This document shows, piece by piece, positions 10,330-21,844 of a stretch of 59,047 nt of DNA (its first letter is position 1; each line of letters opens with the position of its first letter). The notes below the pieces were generated by a model, which did not search any database, was not told the origin of the DNA, and saw nothing but the letters and a program-made list of their open reading frames with translations. Position numbers and translations under genes: made by a program. This DNA is from an uncultured Gammaproteobacteria bacterium (GTDB lineage Bacteria; Pseudomonadota; Gammaproteobacteria; UBA4575): contig CAJQLY010000022.1 of assembly GCA_905479295.1 (NCBI GenBank), positions 1 through 59,047 on the forward strand. Direction: 5' to 3'.

Positions 10330-11199
10330 TTATTTCTTATACTGATCACGCGCCGTCTTCGCCATACGAAACATAGTCTCTAGGGCATCACCATCGGCTG
10401 TGTCTAAATTTGATTTTAATTCGCTCAACTGCTCTTCAAAAAGATTAATTGCGCGCAGCAAGGCGTCTTTATTAGCCAAACAAATACCACGCCAAAGCGC
10501 TGGATCACTGGATGCAATACGTGAAAAATCAGCAAAGCCACCGGCCGCATAACGAAATATTTCTTGCCCATCATGCTTTTGCGTTAAACAACGTACCAGA
10601 GAAAAGGCTAAGGCATGAGGTAAGTGACTGGTTGCCGCCAAAATCTCATCATGTTCATCGGGAGATAGTTCTTCTACTTCAGCGCCAACTTGTTGCCAAA
10701 GCTGAGTCACAATAGCGGTGCTCTTGGTGCGCGTTTTTTCAGTCGGCGTAAGGATCACTCGGCGCCCTTGAAATAAGTCACTCAGTGCTGCTGTCAGACC
10801 ACTTTGTTCACGACCTGCAATTGGATGGCCTGGAACAAAACAACCACTTTGCTCTGGACTTAACACAGTCGCTAAATCATCCAACACACTTTGTTTGGTA
10901 CTACCGACATCAGTGATTGCAAGACAACGCTGGAACCATGGCTTGATCTCTGCAAATACGCTGCACATAGCTGCAACCGGTACTGCCACTACGGCAACCT
11001 GTGGAATATCACTTAGCTCATCAACAGAGCGATAGCCCTCATCGATCAGTCCTGAACTTTTTGCTGACTGCAGCGTATCTGCATCATGATCAATCGCGAT
11101 TAGTTTTAGGCTGGGGTTTGCACCGCGTAGAGCAGCGGCTAAAGACCCACCAATCAGGCCCAAACCGATGACACATAGGGAATCAATTTTTACTGACAT
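10330..11199 (-). CDS. tyrA: Prephenate/arogenate dehydrogenase
   Basis: GLGLIGGS, TDVGSTK, HPIAGRE, SHLPH and GGFADFSRIA. Confidence 0.93.
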   Translation of the reverse strand: MSVKIDSLCVIGLGLIGGSLAAALRGANPSLKLIAIDHDADTLQSAKSSGLIDEGYRSVDELSDIPQVAVVAVPVAAMCSVFAEIKPWFQRCLAITDVGSTKQSVLDDLATVLSPEQSGCFVPGHPIAGREQSGLTAALSDLFQGRRVILTPTEKTRTKSTAIVTQLWQQVGAEVEELSPDEHDEILAATSHLPHALAFSLVRCLTQKHDGQEIFRYAAGGFADFSRIASSDPALWRGICLANKDALLRAINLFEEQLSELKSNLDTADGDALETMFRMAKTARDQYKK

Positions 11200-11211
11200 A
11201 ACTATCGAGTC

Positions 11212-12294
11212 CTAACGCAAAGCCTGCGGATATGAGCCTAATACTTTGACCAAATCAGCATTTCCAGACAATGCCGCTAAGGCATTCGATAATTGCTGAT
11301 CACTGATGTGGCCTTGTAGGTCTAAAAAGAAAACATACTCCCAATTTGTACCACGCGATGGGCGTGATTCAATACGAGACAAGCTCACACCATTATCTGC
11401 CAATGTAGCTAGCATCTGCGCTAAAGAACCTGGCTTATTAGGTGCACTCACCATCAAACTGGTTTTATCTATACCCGAAGCCTCGACACCTTTGCGCCCT
11501 AAAACTAAGAAACGGGTAGTATTTTCCGTCAGATCTTCAATATTCTGCGCCTGACTATGTAACTCATATTGTTCACCTGCAGCTGCACTGGCAATAGCTG
11601 CAGAATACTTTTCTTTAACCACACGTAGTGCACCCTGTGCATTGCTAGCCACTACCTGCTGTGAGGCTTGTGGCAGATTCGCTTGTAACCATTTACGACA
11701 CTGCGCCAGAGCCTGCTGATGCCCGTAAACAACCTTGATCGACTCCAGCTCATGGTGTTCTTGAGTCAATAAGCAATGATGAATCTTCAGCTCTACTTCA
11801 CCAATAATCTGTAGTGGTGAAGTAATGAAGTTATCTAAGGTGCGACTAACACTACCCTCGCTAGAGTTTTCAACCGGCACCACACCATAATCGACCAAAC
11901 TAGTTTCTACCGCATGGAATACCTCATCGATAGAGTCTTGCGCTAAGGTCGCAACCGCATGCCCAAAATGCTTACTGGCAGCCTCTTCTGTGAACGTACC
12001 CTTAGGCCCAAGAAAGGCCACATTCAAAGGTTTTTCCAATGCTAGGCAGGCAGATACCAATTCGCGAAATAGGCGCACAGCGATCTCATCACTGAATGGC
12101 CCTGAATTCATTTTGGCAATACGTCGCAATACCTGTGCTTCACGGTCTGGACGATAGAACTCAACGTGCTCATTCTCTGCCCGTTTAATTTCGCCTACTT
12201 CATGCGCACACTGTGCACGTGCTGAGATCAGATTTAAGATCTGCTCATCTAAGGCGTCTATACGATCACGCAATTTTTTTAAATCTTCGCTCAT
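11212..12294 (-). CDS. pheA: Chorismate mutase/prephenate dehydratase (P-protein)
   Basis: LRDRIDALD, FLGPKGTF, PVENS, NTTRF and IESRPS. Confidence 0.96.
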   Translation of the reverse strand: MSEDLKKLRDRIDALDEQILNLISARAQCAHEVGEIKRAENEHVEFYRPDREAQVLRRIAKMNSGPFSDEIAVRLFRELVSACLALEKPLNVAFLGPKGTFTEEAASKHFGHAVATLAQDSIDEVFHAVETSLVDYGVVPVENSSEGSVSRTLDNFITSPLQIIGEVELKIHHCLLTQEHHELESIKVVYGHQQALAQCRKWLQANLPQASQQVVASNAQGALRVVKEKYSAAIASAAAGEQYELHSQAQNIEDLTENTTRFLVLGRKGVEASGIDKTSLMVSAPNKPGSLAQMLATLADNGVSLSRIESRPSRGTNWEYVFFLDLQGHISDQQLSNALAALSGNADLVKVLGSYPQALR

Positions 12295-12528
12295 CTGAAA
12301 TTAACTTAAAGAGATGCCATCATTGACCTGATTTAACGCGGTCAATAACCCATCAAATAGCAATAATTTTGCTCGAAAAATGAATGGTTTTTAATCTGCT
12401 CAGAAGTATATCAGCAAATCTTTCTGACTGTTCTGTATGTGCCGCAACTATCTCTATATTAAGCGCTTTCTTGCAAGCTATTCGCGGCCATTACTGCACA
12501 GAAAAATGCGTTCATGTTAAATTAGCCT

Positions 12529-14130
12529 ATGCAAAACACGATAAGCAATCAAATCCTTCACCGCAGCGATCTGCAAAGCGATCACATTGCTTTACGACAT
12601 CAGGGGCAATGCCTCAGCTATGCTGAGCTTGGCCAGCGCGTACACTATTACGCTGCTGCTCTACGCCAACTCAATCTAAACCCGGGTGAACACATCGCTC
12701 TGCATGCTGATAAGGGTATTGATAGCGTATGCGCCCTACTCGCTAGCATCCTTTGCAAGCTCACGGTGGTGCCATTAAACCCACTATTAAAGCCTGCCCA
12801 AATGCAACATATTTTAATCGATGCTGGGATCACAGTTCTGATCAGTAATCAGGCTGGCCTACAGCATATTCAAGCCTGCTTAGCGCATTGCACTAGCTTA
12901 AAACAGGTCATCCTAAGCGATGATATGGTGCAAACTAGGCCGCTATTAGCCAACCAAGAATTACTCACATGGGATGACTTATCATCATCCATTGCAGCTC
13001 AGACGCAGTCGATAGAGACAATAGAAGCCAGCAGCTCTCAGATGATCGCAATGATTTTATATACCTCTGGTAGCACTGGTGCACCAAAAGGTGTGATGCT
13101 TAGTCATAGCAACCTATCTATCGGTGCAACAGTGGTAAAAGACTATCTACAGCTAACAAATACAGATCGTATTCTTGCCTTATTACCACTGAGTTTTGAT
13201 TATGGTCTAAACCAAGTGCTTAGCGGCCTACTTGCAGGTGCTGAGGTCGTACTGATGGACTATTTGCTACCTCGTGATGTCTTAACCACCCTAAAAAAAC
13301 AAGCCATCACCGTATTAGCAGGGGTACCTTCGTTATGGAACCCACTAGCTAAATTAGACTGGCCAAAATCAGTTCAGCAACAACTTCGGATCATTACTAA
13401 CTCAGGTGGTGCATTATCTGACAGCACCCTAGCCAGGCTTGAGGAACAACTGGGCAGTGACAAGATTGTGCTGATGTATGGCCTGACCGAAGCCTTTCGC
13501 GCAAGTTACCTACCGCCGACAGAATTCAGTAATCACCGAGGATCAATTGGCCGTGCCATTCCGCAAACCGAGCTATTTGTGGTCAAGCCTAATGGTGAAG
13601 CCTGTAAACCAGGTGAGGTTGGCGAGTTAGTACAGGCGGGAGCACTTGTCTCTTTAGGCTATTGGAATCAAGCCGAAGCCACTGCCGCCGTCTTTAAACC
13701 CTTACCTCTCTGGGCTCAAAACGAGCAAAATCGTACTCAACTTGCGGTCTGGTCGGGTGACCAAGTAGAACAAGATGAAGAGGGCTACCTCTACTTTATA
13801 GGCCGCAAAGACGCCATGATTAAAAGCTCAGGCTATCGTATTAGCCCAGATGAAATCGAATCATTGGCCTGCGCTCATCACTTAGTAGAACTGGCCTGTG
13901 CACTCGGTATCGAAGATGCAGTGCTCGGCCAAAGCATCGTACTTTATATACAGACAACCGCAGATAATGAGTTAAATAAAGATCTCGAAAAGGAGTTCAA
14001 ACGCTGTTTGCCGAATTACATGCAGCCCAAGCAGATCATACGATTACAGCAATTCCCAATGACCAGCAATGCTAAGATAGATCGTAATCAACTACACAGC
14101 ATGTTTTGCAACAGCACTAAAAAACACTAA
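12529..14130 (+). CDS. AMP-forming acyl/aminoacyl ligase (exosortase A/EPS-associated type)
   Basis: YTSGSTGAPKGV, LPLSFDYGLNQ, MYGLTEAFR and MIKSSGYRISP; adjacent to a decarboxylase and an ACP. Confidence 0.85.
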   Translation: MQNTISNQILHRSDLQSDHIALRHQGQCLSYAELGQRVHYYAAALRQLNLNPGEHIALHADKGIDSVCALLASILCKLTVVPLNPLLKPAQMQHILIDAGITVLISNQAGLQHIQACLAHCTSLKQVILSDDMVQTRPLLANQELLTWDDLSSSIAAQTQSIETIEASSSQMIAMILYTSGSTGAPKGVMLSHSNLSIGATVVKDYLQLTNTDRILALLPLSFDYGLNQVLSGLLAGAEVVLMDYLLPRDVLTTLKKQAITVLAGVPSLWNPLAKLDWPKSVQQQLRIITNSGGALSDSTLARLEEQLGSDKIVLMYGLTEAFRASYLPPTEFSNHRGSIGRAIPQTELFVVKPNGEACKPGEVGELVQAGALVSLGYWNQAEATAAVFKPLPLWAQNEQNRTQLAVWSGDQVEQDEEGYLYFIGRKDAMIKSSGYRISPDEIESLACAHHLVELACALGIEDAVLGQSIVLYIQTTADNELNKDLEKEFKRCLPNYMQPKQIIRLQQFPMTSNAKIDRNQLHSMFCNSTKKH

Positions 14131-14144
14131 GTTAAAATCGCTGC

Positions 14145-15380
14145 ATGAATAAACCAAAACACATCGATCCATTGCCGTACTTTTCAGTCCGCGACCACTG
14201 CCTAGCCATCGCTGGACGTACGCCGACCGAGCTGGACCAGTTCGATCGGCCTTTTTATATCTATTCAAAACAGCGTATAGAGCAAAAACTATCGGCTTTA
14301 CGCTCAGTCATACCATCTAATATTCACCTACATTACGCAGTCAAAGCCAACCCAATGGCTGATTTAATCGCTTGGCTAGGCTCTCGCTGTGAGGGCTTGG
14401 ATGTTGCATCTGGCGGCGAATTACAAAAAGCATTAAGCCTCGGCATAGCAGGACAAGACATTAGTTTTGCTGGTCCAGGCAAATCACTGGGCGAATTAAC
14501 ATTGGCCATTGAATCAGATTGCACCCTGAATATTGAATCTGAAACTGAGTTAACCCGTGTCATTGAACTCAGTCAGCAACTCAAAAAAACCGCACGTGTT
14601 GCCCTAAGGCTGAATCCAAATTTCGAGCTTAAAAGCTCGGGCATGCAGATGGCTGGCGGCGCTAAACCCTTCGGTGTTGATGCCGAGACAGCCCTACCTA
14701 TTCTACAAAGAATGCTTGCGGCAGGGCTCAATTTCCGTGGCATCCAGATCTATGCTGGCTCACAAAACCTATCTGCTAGTGCCATTAATGAGGCGATGAC
14801 ACAGACCTTTGCATTAGGCGCACAGTTAAGCCAAGAGCTAGGCCAGCCACTACCAAGCTTTAATGTTGGTGGCGGTTTTGGGGTGCCCTACTTTGCAGGT
14901 CAACAAGAATTAGACTTAGACGCGGTCGGAAAACATCTGCATAGTCTGATGCAAGATTATCAATCAGTATTTGCAGAGACCGATATTATCCTAGAGCTGG
15001 GACGTTATTTAGTCGCCGATGCAGGAGTCTATCTATGCAAAGTTACAGATAAAAAAGTCTCGCGCGGCGAGACCTTCCTAATCACTAATGGTGGCTTGCA
15101 TCATAGTCTCGCTGCCAGCGGAAACTTCGGCCAGGTCATCCGAAAAAATTACCCGGTGCTGATTGCAAATAAACTTGAACCTACTAATAAAAACCATACA
15201 GAAGAGGTCACCATTGTTGGCCCTTTATGCACGCCATTAGATATATTGGCCAAACATGTCCAATTACCGAAGGCTGATATTGGTGATTATGTCGCAGTGT
15301 TTCAGACTGGTGCCTATGGTTACTCGGCTAGTCCTAAAGACTTTTTAGGTCATCCAGCAGCACATGAGATTTTACTCTAA
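14145..15380 (+). CDS. Fold-type III PLP-dependent decarboxylase (exosortase A/EPS-associated, BtrK-like)
   Basis: HYAVKANP, DVASGGEL, FAGPGK, GGGFG, ELGRYLV and GPLCTPLD. Confidence 0.85.
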   Translation: MNKPKHIDPLPYFSVRDHCLAIAGRTPTELDQFDRPFYIYSKQRIEQKLSALRSVIPSNIHLHYAVKANPMADLIAWLGSRCEGLDVASGGELQKALSLGIAGQDISFAGPGKSLGELTLAIESDCTLNIESETELTRVIELSQQLKKTARVALRLNPNFELKSSGMQMAGGAKPFGVDAETALPILQRMLAAGLNFRGIQIYAGSQNLSASAINEAMTQTFALGAQLSQELGQPLPSFNVGGGFGVPYFAGQQELDLDAVGKHLHSLMQDYQSVFAETDIILELGRYLVADAGVYLCKVTDKKVSRGETFLITNGGLHHSLAASGNFGQVIRKNYPVLIANKLEPTNKNHTEEVTIVGPLCTPLDILAKHVQLPKADIGDYVAVFQTGAYGYSASPKDFLGHPAAHEILL

Positions 15381-15406
15381 TGAGGCTGATAAAGTATTAG
15401 GGGGAT

Positions 15407-15661
15407 TTACGATTGCTCTAATCGCGTATTGATATGAGCCAACAATGAAGCCACTGTTGCAAATACTTCTGCATCCAGATCATCATCTTCAAAGTGAACA
15501 TCAAAGCGATTTTCTAGGGCTGTAATCAGCGCCACGATACCGATTGAATCCAGTTCTGGTAGCGCACCCAAGAGGGCATCTTCTGCCTGCATTGCACGCA
15601 CATCGATAGTGCAGCTTAAACTCTCTGCTACTACGTCCAAAACCTGTGCCACTGTTACCAT
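15407..15661 (-). CDS. Acyl carrier protein
   Basis: Acidic 84-aa protein with ELDSIG phosphopantetheine site and LENRFDV...FATVASL. Confidence 0.85.
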   Translation of the reverse strand: MVTVAQVLDVVAESLSCTIDVRAMQAEDALLGALPELDSIGIVALITALENRFDVHFEDDDLDAEVFATVASLLAHINTRLEQS

Positions 15662-15873
15662 TACTGTTCATCCAATGAAGTCTTTCGAATTGCCAACTGC
15701 GCCTAACCTGAAACTGGGGTCAATAGAATCAATCCCCACAACATTGCTCAGTAACAAAATAGCGCGCCATTCTACCCTGAAAGACCCTGTAGCGGCTAGA
15801 CACATAGAACGGCCCCTTATCAGGGGCCAAATACAGTGTTTGACATCACTATGGCACAACGCGAATATGACGT

Positions 15874-16881
15874 ATGAAAATACTCGTCACCGGCTCTGCT
15901 GGCTTTATTGGTAACGCACTCAGTCTACGTCTGTTGCAACGTGGTGATGAAGTAATTGGTGTCGACAATCTCAATGACTATTACTCACCAAGCTTAAAGC
16001 AGGCCCGCCTAGCGCGCACCGAAAAATACCCCGCGTTTCAACAACATCAGATCGCATTGGAAGACCGTGATGCAATCAATCAGCTATTCCAACAACAGCG
16101 ACCAGATCGTGTGGTTAATTTAGCCGCACAAGCGGGTGTGCGTTATTCGATCGAAAACCCACATGCCTATATCGACTCTAATATCGTTGGCTTTATGAAT
16201 ATCCTAGAGGCCTGCCGCAATTATCCAGTGCAACATCTAGTCTTTGCCTCCAGCAGCTCGGTCTACGGTGGCAACAGCAAACTACCATTCAGTGTTAACG
16301 ATACTGTGGACCACCCTCTCAGCTTGTATGCAGCGAGTAAGAAAAGCAATGAATTAATGGCCCACACCTATGCCCACTTATTCCAAGTAGCCTGCACTGG
16401 CCTGCGCTTTTTCACCGTTTATGGCCCCTGGGGTCGACCCGATATGGCCTTATTTAAATTCACCCAAAAAATCTTGGCCGGTGAAGCCATCGACGTCTAT
16501 AACTACGGTAAACACCAACGTGATTTCACTTACATAGATGATATTGTTGAAGGCGTTATGCGTGTACTCGATCAAGCAGCTGAAGCCAACCCCAACTATA
16601 ACGCTGCGTTGGCTGAGCCTAGCCGCAGTCATGCCCCCTACCGCATTTACAACATTGGCAACCAACAGCCAACGGAATTGATTCGTTACATTGAAGTATT
16701 AGAGGATTGTCTTGGGCAAAAGTCAGAACGTAACTTATTACCTATGCAACCAGGTGACGTCCTTGATACGCATGCCGATGTAGAAGATTTAGTGACTGAT
16801 TTTGCTTACAAGCCAGACACTCCTATTGAGCTTGGCATAGAAAATTTTGTGCGTTGGTACCGTGAGTACTATCAGACCTAA
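15874..16881 (+). CDS. NAD-dependent epimerase (UDP-glucuronate 4-epimerase type)
   Basis: ILVTGSAGFIG, LAAQAGVRYS, YAASKK and RFFTVYGPWGRPDMA. Confidence 0.92.
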   Translation: MKILVTGSAGFIGNALSLRLLQRGDEVIGVDNLNDYYSPSLKQARLARTEKYPAFQQHQIALEDRDAINQLFQQQRPDRVVNLAAQAGVRYSIENPHAYIDSNIVGFMNILEACRNYPVQHLVFASSSSVYGGNSKLPFSVNDTVDHPLSLYAASKKSNELMAHTYAHLFQVACTGLRFFTVYGPWGRPDMALFKFTQKILAGEAIDVYNYGKHQRDFTYIDDIVEGVMRVLDQAAEANPNYNAALAEPSRSHAPYRIYNIGNQQPTELIRYIEVLEDCLGQKSERNLLPMQPGDVLDTHADVEDLVTDFAYKPDTPIELGIENFVRWYREYYQT

Positions 16882-17960
16882 AGTGCTGTAATCATGTCGG
16901 CTAGTGATTCGACTGCTGACAATGCAGTACCGTTATACATACTGGCACGCACACCACCCTGTTTGCGATGACCCGCTAAGCCCAACAGACCCTGCGCCTC
17001 AGCCTGCAGCAAAAACGCCTGTAGCCGTTGTTCATTATCGATATCAAAGCTCACATTAATTTGTGAGCGTAGCTCGGCTGCAATCTTATTACAGGTCAGT
17101 GGTTGTGCGTCAATTGCCTGATATAACAGGGCTGAACGCTCATTAGCGGCAGCCAGCATAGGTGCCAAACCACCCTGTGCCTGTAGCCATTGCAACATCC
17201 GCAAAACACAATAGACCGCAAAAACAGGTGTTGTATTTACAATTGATTGCTCTTGCGCATGGACGTCATAACGCAGCATGTAAGGGGTTTGCTCTGCTGC
17301 TTGCTGCAGCAAATCTTCGCGCACAATGACAACAGTAACACCGGCAATACCCAGTGTTTTCTGTGCACCTGCATAAATCAAATCATAGTGCTCAAAATTA
17401 ATCGGCCGCATTAATAAACAGGACGTCATGTCTGCCACTACGGGCACGGTTGCATCAGTGATATCAGCGAGCTGAATACCTTCAATCGTTTCATTTGGGG
17501 TGACATGGAGATAGGCACTATCAGCTGCAATGTCCCAATCACTGCGATCTCTAGCAGTGATCACAACACCGTCAGCCGTCTTATTTTCTGTCACTGCCGA
17601 CAACATCTGCACACGCCCATACTTTTGCGCAAACTCGGCTGCTCGACGTGACCAATGACCGCTATCAACATAGGTCATCACTGGTTTATTAGAGAGTAGA
17701 TTTAATGGTAGGGCATCGAACTGGCCGGTCGCACCCGCTTGCATGAAGAGGATCTGAAATCCGTCGGGAATAGCATAAAGAGAACGTAGTAATTGACGCG
17801 CTTGTTCAATAATAATGGCGAATTCAGCTGAACGATGCCCCAGCTCAAGAATAGACAAACCACTGTTGCCATACTCACGAATATCAAGCTGAATCTGTTG
17901 CTTAACGCTGTCAGGCAACGCGGCTGGGCCCGCTGCAAAATAATGTTGGCGCTGACTCAT
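16878..17960 (-). CDS. serC: Phosphoserine aminotransferase
   Basis: FAAGPAALP, HRS, NETIEG, AGAQK, NTTP, GHR and RASMYN. Confidence 0.93.
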   Translation of the reverse strand: MSQRQHYFAAGPAALPDSVKQQIQLDIREYGNSGLSILELGHRSAEFAIIIEQARQLLRSLYAIPDGFQILFMQAGATGQFDALPLNLLSNKPVMTYVDSGHWSRRAAEFAQKYGRVQMLSAVTENKTADGVVITARDRSDWDIAADSAYLHVTPNETIEGIQLADITDATVPVVADMTSCLLMRPINFEHYDLIYAGAQKTLGIAGVTVVIVREDLLQQAAEQTPYMLRYDVHAQEQSIVNTTPVFAVYCVLRMLQWLQAQGGLAPMLAAANERSALLYQAIDAQPLTCNKIAAELRSQINVSFDIDNEQRLQAFLLQAEAQGLLGLAGHRKQGGVRASMYNGTALSAVESLADMITAL

Positions 17961-18006
17961 AATCTATTCTGCAAGACGACCTCAGTCTGCAAATTTATAC
18001 AGAATG

Positions 18007-20613
18007 CTAGTGAATCATTGGCTCGCTGTCATCCGAGGAATCATCATCAGCACTATCGATCGCATCATCGGCACCTTCTAGAGTTTGCACCGCTTCGATC
18101 TCTGTCATGTGCTCATCTTCACCTAGGCGAATCAAAGTTACACCTTGCGTATTACGTCCCATAGAAGAAATCTCATGCACTGCCGTACGCACCAAGGTAC
18201 CCTGATCGGTAATCAACATCGCTTGATCATCTTCGGCCACCATCACCGCACCAATAACATCACCATTTCGATCTGTCGTCTGCACTGCAATCACGCCCTG
18301 ACCACCCCGTTTTTGTTGCGGGAAGTCCTGCATTGGTGTGCGCTTACCAAAACCGTTAGCTGTACCAATCAAGACCTGATGGGTCTCATCATTAGGCTCA
18401 ACCACCATGACTGAAATCACTTCATGTGCTTCATCAATACGCATACCACGGACACCGGTTGCTGTACGACCCATAGGACGCACATCTTGTTCGGCAAAAC
18501 GAATCGACTTACCAGTGCTCGCGACTAAGATCACATCATATTCACCCGTGGTTATTTCAACACCGATGAGGTGATCACCCTCGCGCAGATCTAAGGCGAT
18601 AATACCGCTGGAGCGTGGACGCGAGAAATCCTTTAAAGGAGTCTTCTTAACCACACCCTGACTAGTCGCCATAAAGACATAGGCTTCCTGCGTAAAGTCC
18701 TTCACAGGTAAGATCGCATTAATCCGCTCATCTTCCTGTAGTGGTAATAGGTTCACAATAGGCTTACCGCGCGAAGTACGACCCGCCTGCGGTAGCTCAT
18801 AGACCTTCATCCAATATACTTTACCCAAGCTTGAGAAGCATAAGATGGTGTCGTGTGTATTGGCGACAAATAGATTATCGACAAAGTCTTCATCCTTAAC
18901 TGAGGTTGCTGCTTTACCACGGCCACCACGATGTTGTGCTTGATACACATCTAATGGCTGTGACTTCGCATAGCCAGCGTGAGACAGGGTAACAACTACC
19001 TCTTCTTCTTGAATTAAGTCTTCTAAACTTAGATCAACACGGGCTGAACTAATTTCAGTACGACGTTCATCACCAAAGTTTTCTTTAATCTCAGACAATT
19101 CTTCCTGAATCACCTGCATTAACTTCTCAGGACTAGACAGAATCAGTAATAAGCCTTCGATCAAGCTCAACAACTCAGCATAGTCACTAACAATCTTGTC
19201 TTGCTCTAGGCCAGTCAGTCGATGTAGACGTAAATCTAAAATTGCCTGCGCTTGCACTTCAGACAAAAAGTATTGGCCATCATGTAAACCGGTTTCTGCT
19301 GCAATGTTTTCTGGACGAGACGCATCAGCACCTGCACGTTGCAACATATCGGTAACCGCACCAGGCTGCCATGCAGTCTGCAATAAAGCAGCGCGAGCTT
19401 CAGCTGGATTAGATGACGCCTTAATCATTGCAATCACTTCATCGATATTTGCCAAAGCTACTGCTTGCCCTTCTAATACATGGGCTTTTTCACGTGCTTT
19501 ACGTAACTCAAAGATAGTACGGCGCGTCACCACATCACGACGGTGTCGTAAGAAGGCTTGTAGCACCTGACGCAGCGTGAGTAGGCGTGGCTGACCATCA
19601 ACCAAGGCCACCATATTGATGCCAAACACATTTTGCATTTGTGTTTGTTTGTAGAGATTATTCAGAATAACCTCACTGACTTCACCACGACGTAGCTCAA
19701 TCACAACGCGGATACCGTCTTTATCAGACTCATCGCGCAGCTCAGTAATACCTTCGATCTTCTTGTCTTTAACTAACTCGGCAATCTTCTCGAGCAAGCG
19801 GGCCTTATTAACCTGATAAGGCAGTTCAGTCACAACAATCTTTTCTTTAGAGCTCTTTTCATCCACTTCAATATGGCTGCGCGAGCGGATATGGACACGC
19901 CCACGACCCGTTTCATACGCTTCATGGATGCCTTGACGGCCATTAATAATAGCGGCCGTTGGAAAATCGGGCCCCGGCATAATTTCAATCAACTCAGCAA
20001 CCGTGATATCAGGCTGCTCAATCATTGCCAGACAGGCATTAACCACTTCGGTGAGATTATGTGGCGGAATATTCGTCGCCATACCAACAGCAATACCAGA
20101 AGAGCCGTTAACCAATAGATTTGGTACACGAGAGGGCATGACTGAAGGCTCATGCTCTGATTCATCGTAGTTAGCGGTGAAATCAACGGTTTCTTTTTCT
20201 AGATCTGCTAATACTTGATGCGCGATCTTGGCCATACGCACTTCGGTATAACGCATCGCAGCTGGTGCATCACCATCGACAGAACCAAAGTTACCTTGAC
20301 CATCGACCAAGGGATATCGCATAGAGAAATCCTGCGCCATACGAACAATCGTGTCGTATACCGCGGTATCACCATGGGGGTGATATTTACCGATCACGTC
20401 ACCGACCACACGGGCCGATTTCTTGTAGGCCTTATTCCAGTCGTTACCCAACACATGCATGGCAAATAAAGCACGTCGATGAACCGGCTTTAAACCATCA
20501 CGAACGTCTGGTAAAGCACGTCCAACAATGACGCTCATGGCATAGTCCAAATAGGACTGACGCATCTCGTCTTCTAGATTTACACTAATAATCTCTTTAG
20601 CTACTGAAGCCAT
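18007..20613 (-). CDS. gyrA: DNA gyrase subunit A
   Basis: [30 protein letters not shown] and the GyrA box QHRGGRG. Confidence 0.98.
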   Translation of the reverse strand: MASVAKEIISVNLEDEMRQSYLDYAMSVIVGRALPDVRDGLKPVHRRALFAMHVLGNDWNKAYKKSARVVGDVIGKYHPHGDTAVYDTIVRMAQDFSMRYPLVDGQGNFGSVDGDAPAAMRYTEVRMAKIAHQVLADLEKETVDFTANYDESEHEPSVMPSRVPNLLVNGSSGIAVGMATNIPPHNLTEVVNACLAMIEQPDITVAELIEIMPGPDFPTAAIINGRQGIHEAYETGRGRVHIRSRSHIEVDEKSSKEKIVVTELPYQVNKARLLEKIAELVKDKKIEGITELRDESDKDGIRVVIELRRGEVSEVILNNLYKQTQMQNVFGINMVALVDGQPRLLTLRQVLQAFLRHRRDVVTRRTIFELRKAREKAHVLEGQAVALANIDEVIAMIKASSNPAEARAALLQTAWQPGAVTDMLQRAGADASRPENIAAETGLHDGQYFLSEVQAQAILDLRLHRLTGLEQDKIVSDYAELLSLIEGLLLILSSPEKLMQVIQEELSEIKENFGDERRTEISSARVDLSLEDLIQEEEVVVTLSHAGYAKSQPLDVYQAQHRGGRGKAATSVKDEDFVDNLFVANTHDTILCFSSLGKVYWMKVYELPQAGRTSRGKPIVNLLPLQEDERINAILPVKDFTQEAYVFMATSQGVVKKTPLKDFSRPRSSGIIALDLREGDHLIGVEITTGEYDVILVASTGKSIRFAEQDVRPMGRTATGVRGMRIDEAHEVISVMVVEPNDETHQVLIGTANGFGKRTPMQDFPQQKRGGQGVIAVQTTDRNGDVIGAVMVAEDDQAMLITDQGTLVRTAVHEISSMGRNTQGVTLIRLGEDEHMTEIEAVQTLEGADDAIDSADDDSSDDSEPMIH

Positions 20614-20653
20614 TGATTTTGCTCAAGTTTTTTTATACCAATATAGTCTATAA

Positions 20654-20662
20654 AGTATATCA
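20654..20662 (-). promoter_or_regulatory. Extended -10 promoter element of gyrA
   Basis: Minus strand TGATATACT (TGn-TATACT), about 40 nt upstream of the gyrA start. Confidence 0.5.
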
Positions 20663-20758
20663 CAATTTTGCTCTTTTCGGCGTTTTTTGAAGCAAAAGAT
20701 CAGCCAATATCTGGCTACTTTCTCGGCACCCTATCGGCTACTCAAACAAGGCAGCAGA

Positions 20759-21844
20759 CTAAGCCATCAAAGCCTCAATCTTGGCTTGATTAGGCGCCTC
20801 AATAACCCCACGATTAGTCACTAAGACATCGACTAAATCAGCCGGCGTAATATCAAACACTGGGTTCCAGGCCGCCACCTTAGGAGCCGCAAAAGCAGTC
20901 CCATTTAATTCGGTCAACTCACTAGCCGCACGCTCTTCAATCTCAATATCAGCACCACTAGAGGTCGCCATATCTATCGTGCTATCTGGTGCCACCACCA
21001 TAAACTTCTTGCCATGGTATCTCGCCAAAACAGCTAGCGCATAGGTGCCAATCTTATTAGCCACATCACCATTCGCAGCGACACGATCAGCACCGACAAT
21101 GATCCATTCAATTGCCTTCTGTTGTATCGCACTGGCGGCGGCTGAGTCAGCCAACAACTGGGTTGTTATACCCTCCTGTTGTAATTCCCAGGCAGTGAGA
21201 CGCGCACCCTGAAACCACGGCCGCGTCTCATTGGCAAAGACACAAGAAAGCTTGCCCTGTGCATGTGCTGCTCGAATCACCCCTAAAGCGGTGCCATAGC
21301 CGGCAGTAGCCAAGGCCCCTGCATTACAATGTGTCATCACCGCTGAGCCCTTCTTTATATAGGCAGCACCTAACTCACCCATACGTCGGTTAGCAATCAC
21401 ATCGGCTTGCTGCATCTGCACTGCAGCCTGCTCTAAAGCGAGGCATAGACCAGTCGCATCAACTGCGCTGCATCCATCCACGATCTGTTGCATATGCGCT
21501 AAGGCCCATGCCAGATTGACCGCTGTAGGGCGCGCCAAGGCTAGGTAATCAATATCTGCTGTGATTAGGGTTTTAAGCGACTGCAGTTCTGAGTCAGTCA
21601 TATTCGACACGCTATGCTGCTGCGCAGACAAGACCACCGCATAGGCCGCTGTAATCCCTATCGCTGGGGCACCGCGCACAACCATCTGTTTAATCGCAGC
21701 AAAGGCCTCCTGTGGTGTCTTAAGCCGCAAAAAATCCACCGTTAATGGTAGGCGTCGCTGATCCAATAAGAACAAACACTGCTCTCGCCATTCAATGGCA
21801 CGGTTAGGTAATGATGGCTGCATCTTCAATGTCCTTGGTTTCAT
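20759..21844 (-). CDS. mtnA: S-methyl-5-thioribose-1-phosphate isomerase
   Basis: MVVRGAPAIG, RPTAVNL, THCNAGALAT, ETRPWFQGARLT and ANKIGTY. Confidence 0.95.
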   Translation of the reverse strand: MKPRTLKMQPSLPNRAIEWREQCLFLLDQRRLPLTVDFLRLKTPQEAFAAIKQMVVRGAPAIGITAAYAVVLSAQQHSVSNMTDSELQSLKTLITADIDYLALARPTAVNLAWALAHMQQIVDGCSAVDATGLCLALEQAAVQMQQADVIANRRMGELGAAYIKKGSAVMTHCNAGALATAGYGTALGVIRAAHAQGKLSCVFANETRPWFQGARLTAWELQQEGITTQLLADSAAASAIQQKAIEWIIVGADRVAANGDVANKIGTYALAVLARYHGKKFMVVAPDSTIDMATSSGADIEIEERAASELTELNGTAFAAPKVAAWNPVFDITPADLVDVLVTNRGVIEAPNQAKIEALMA

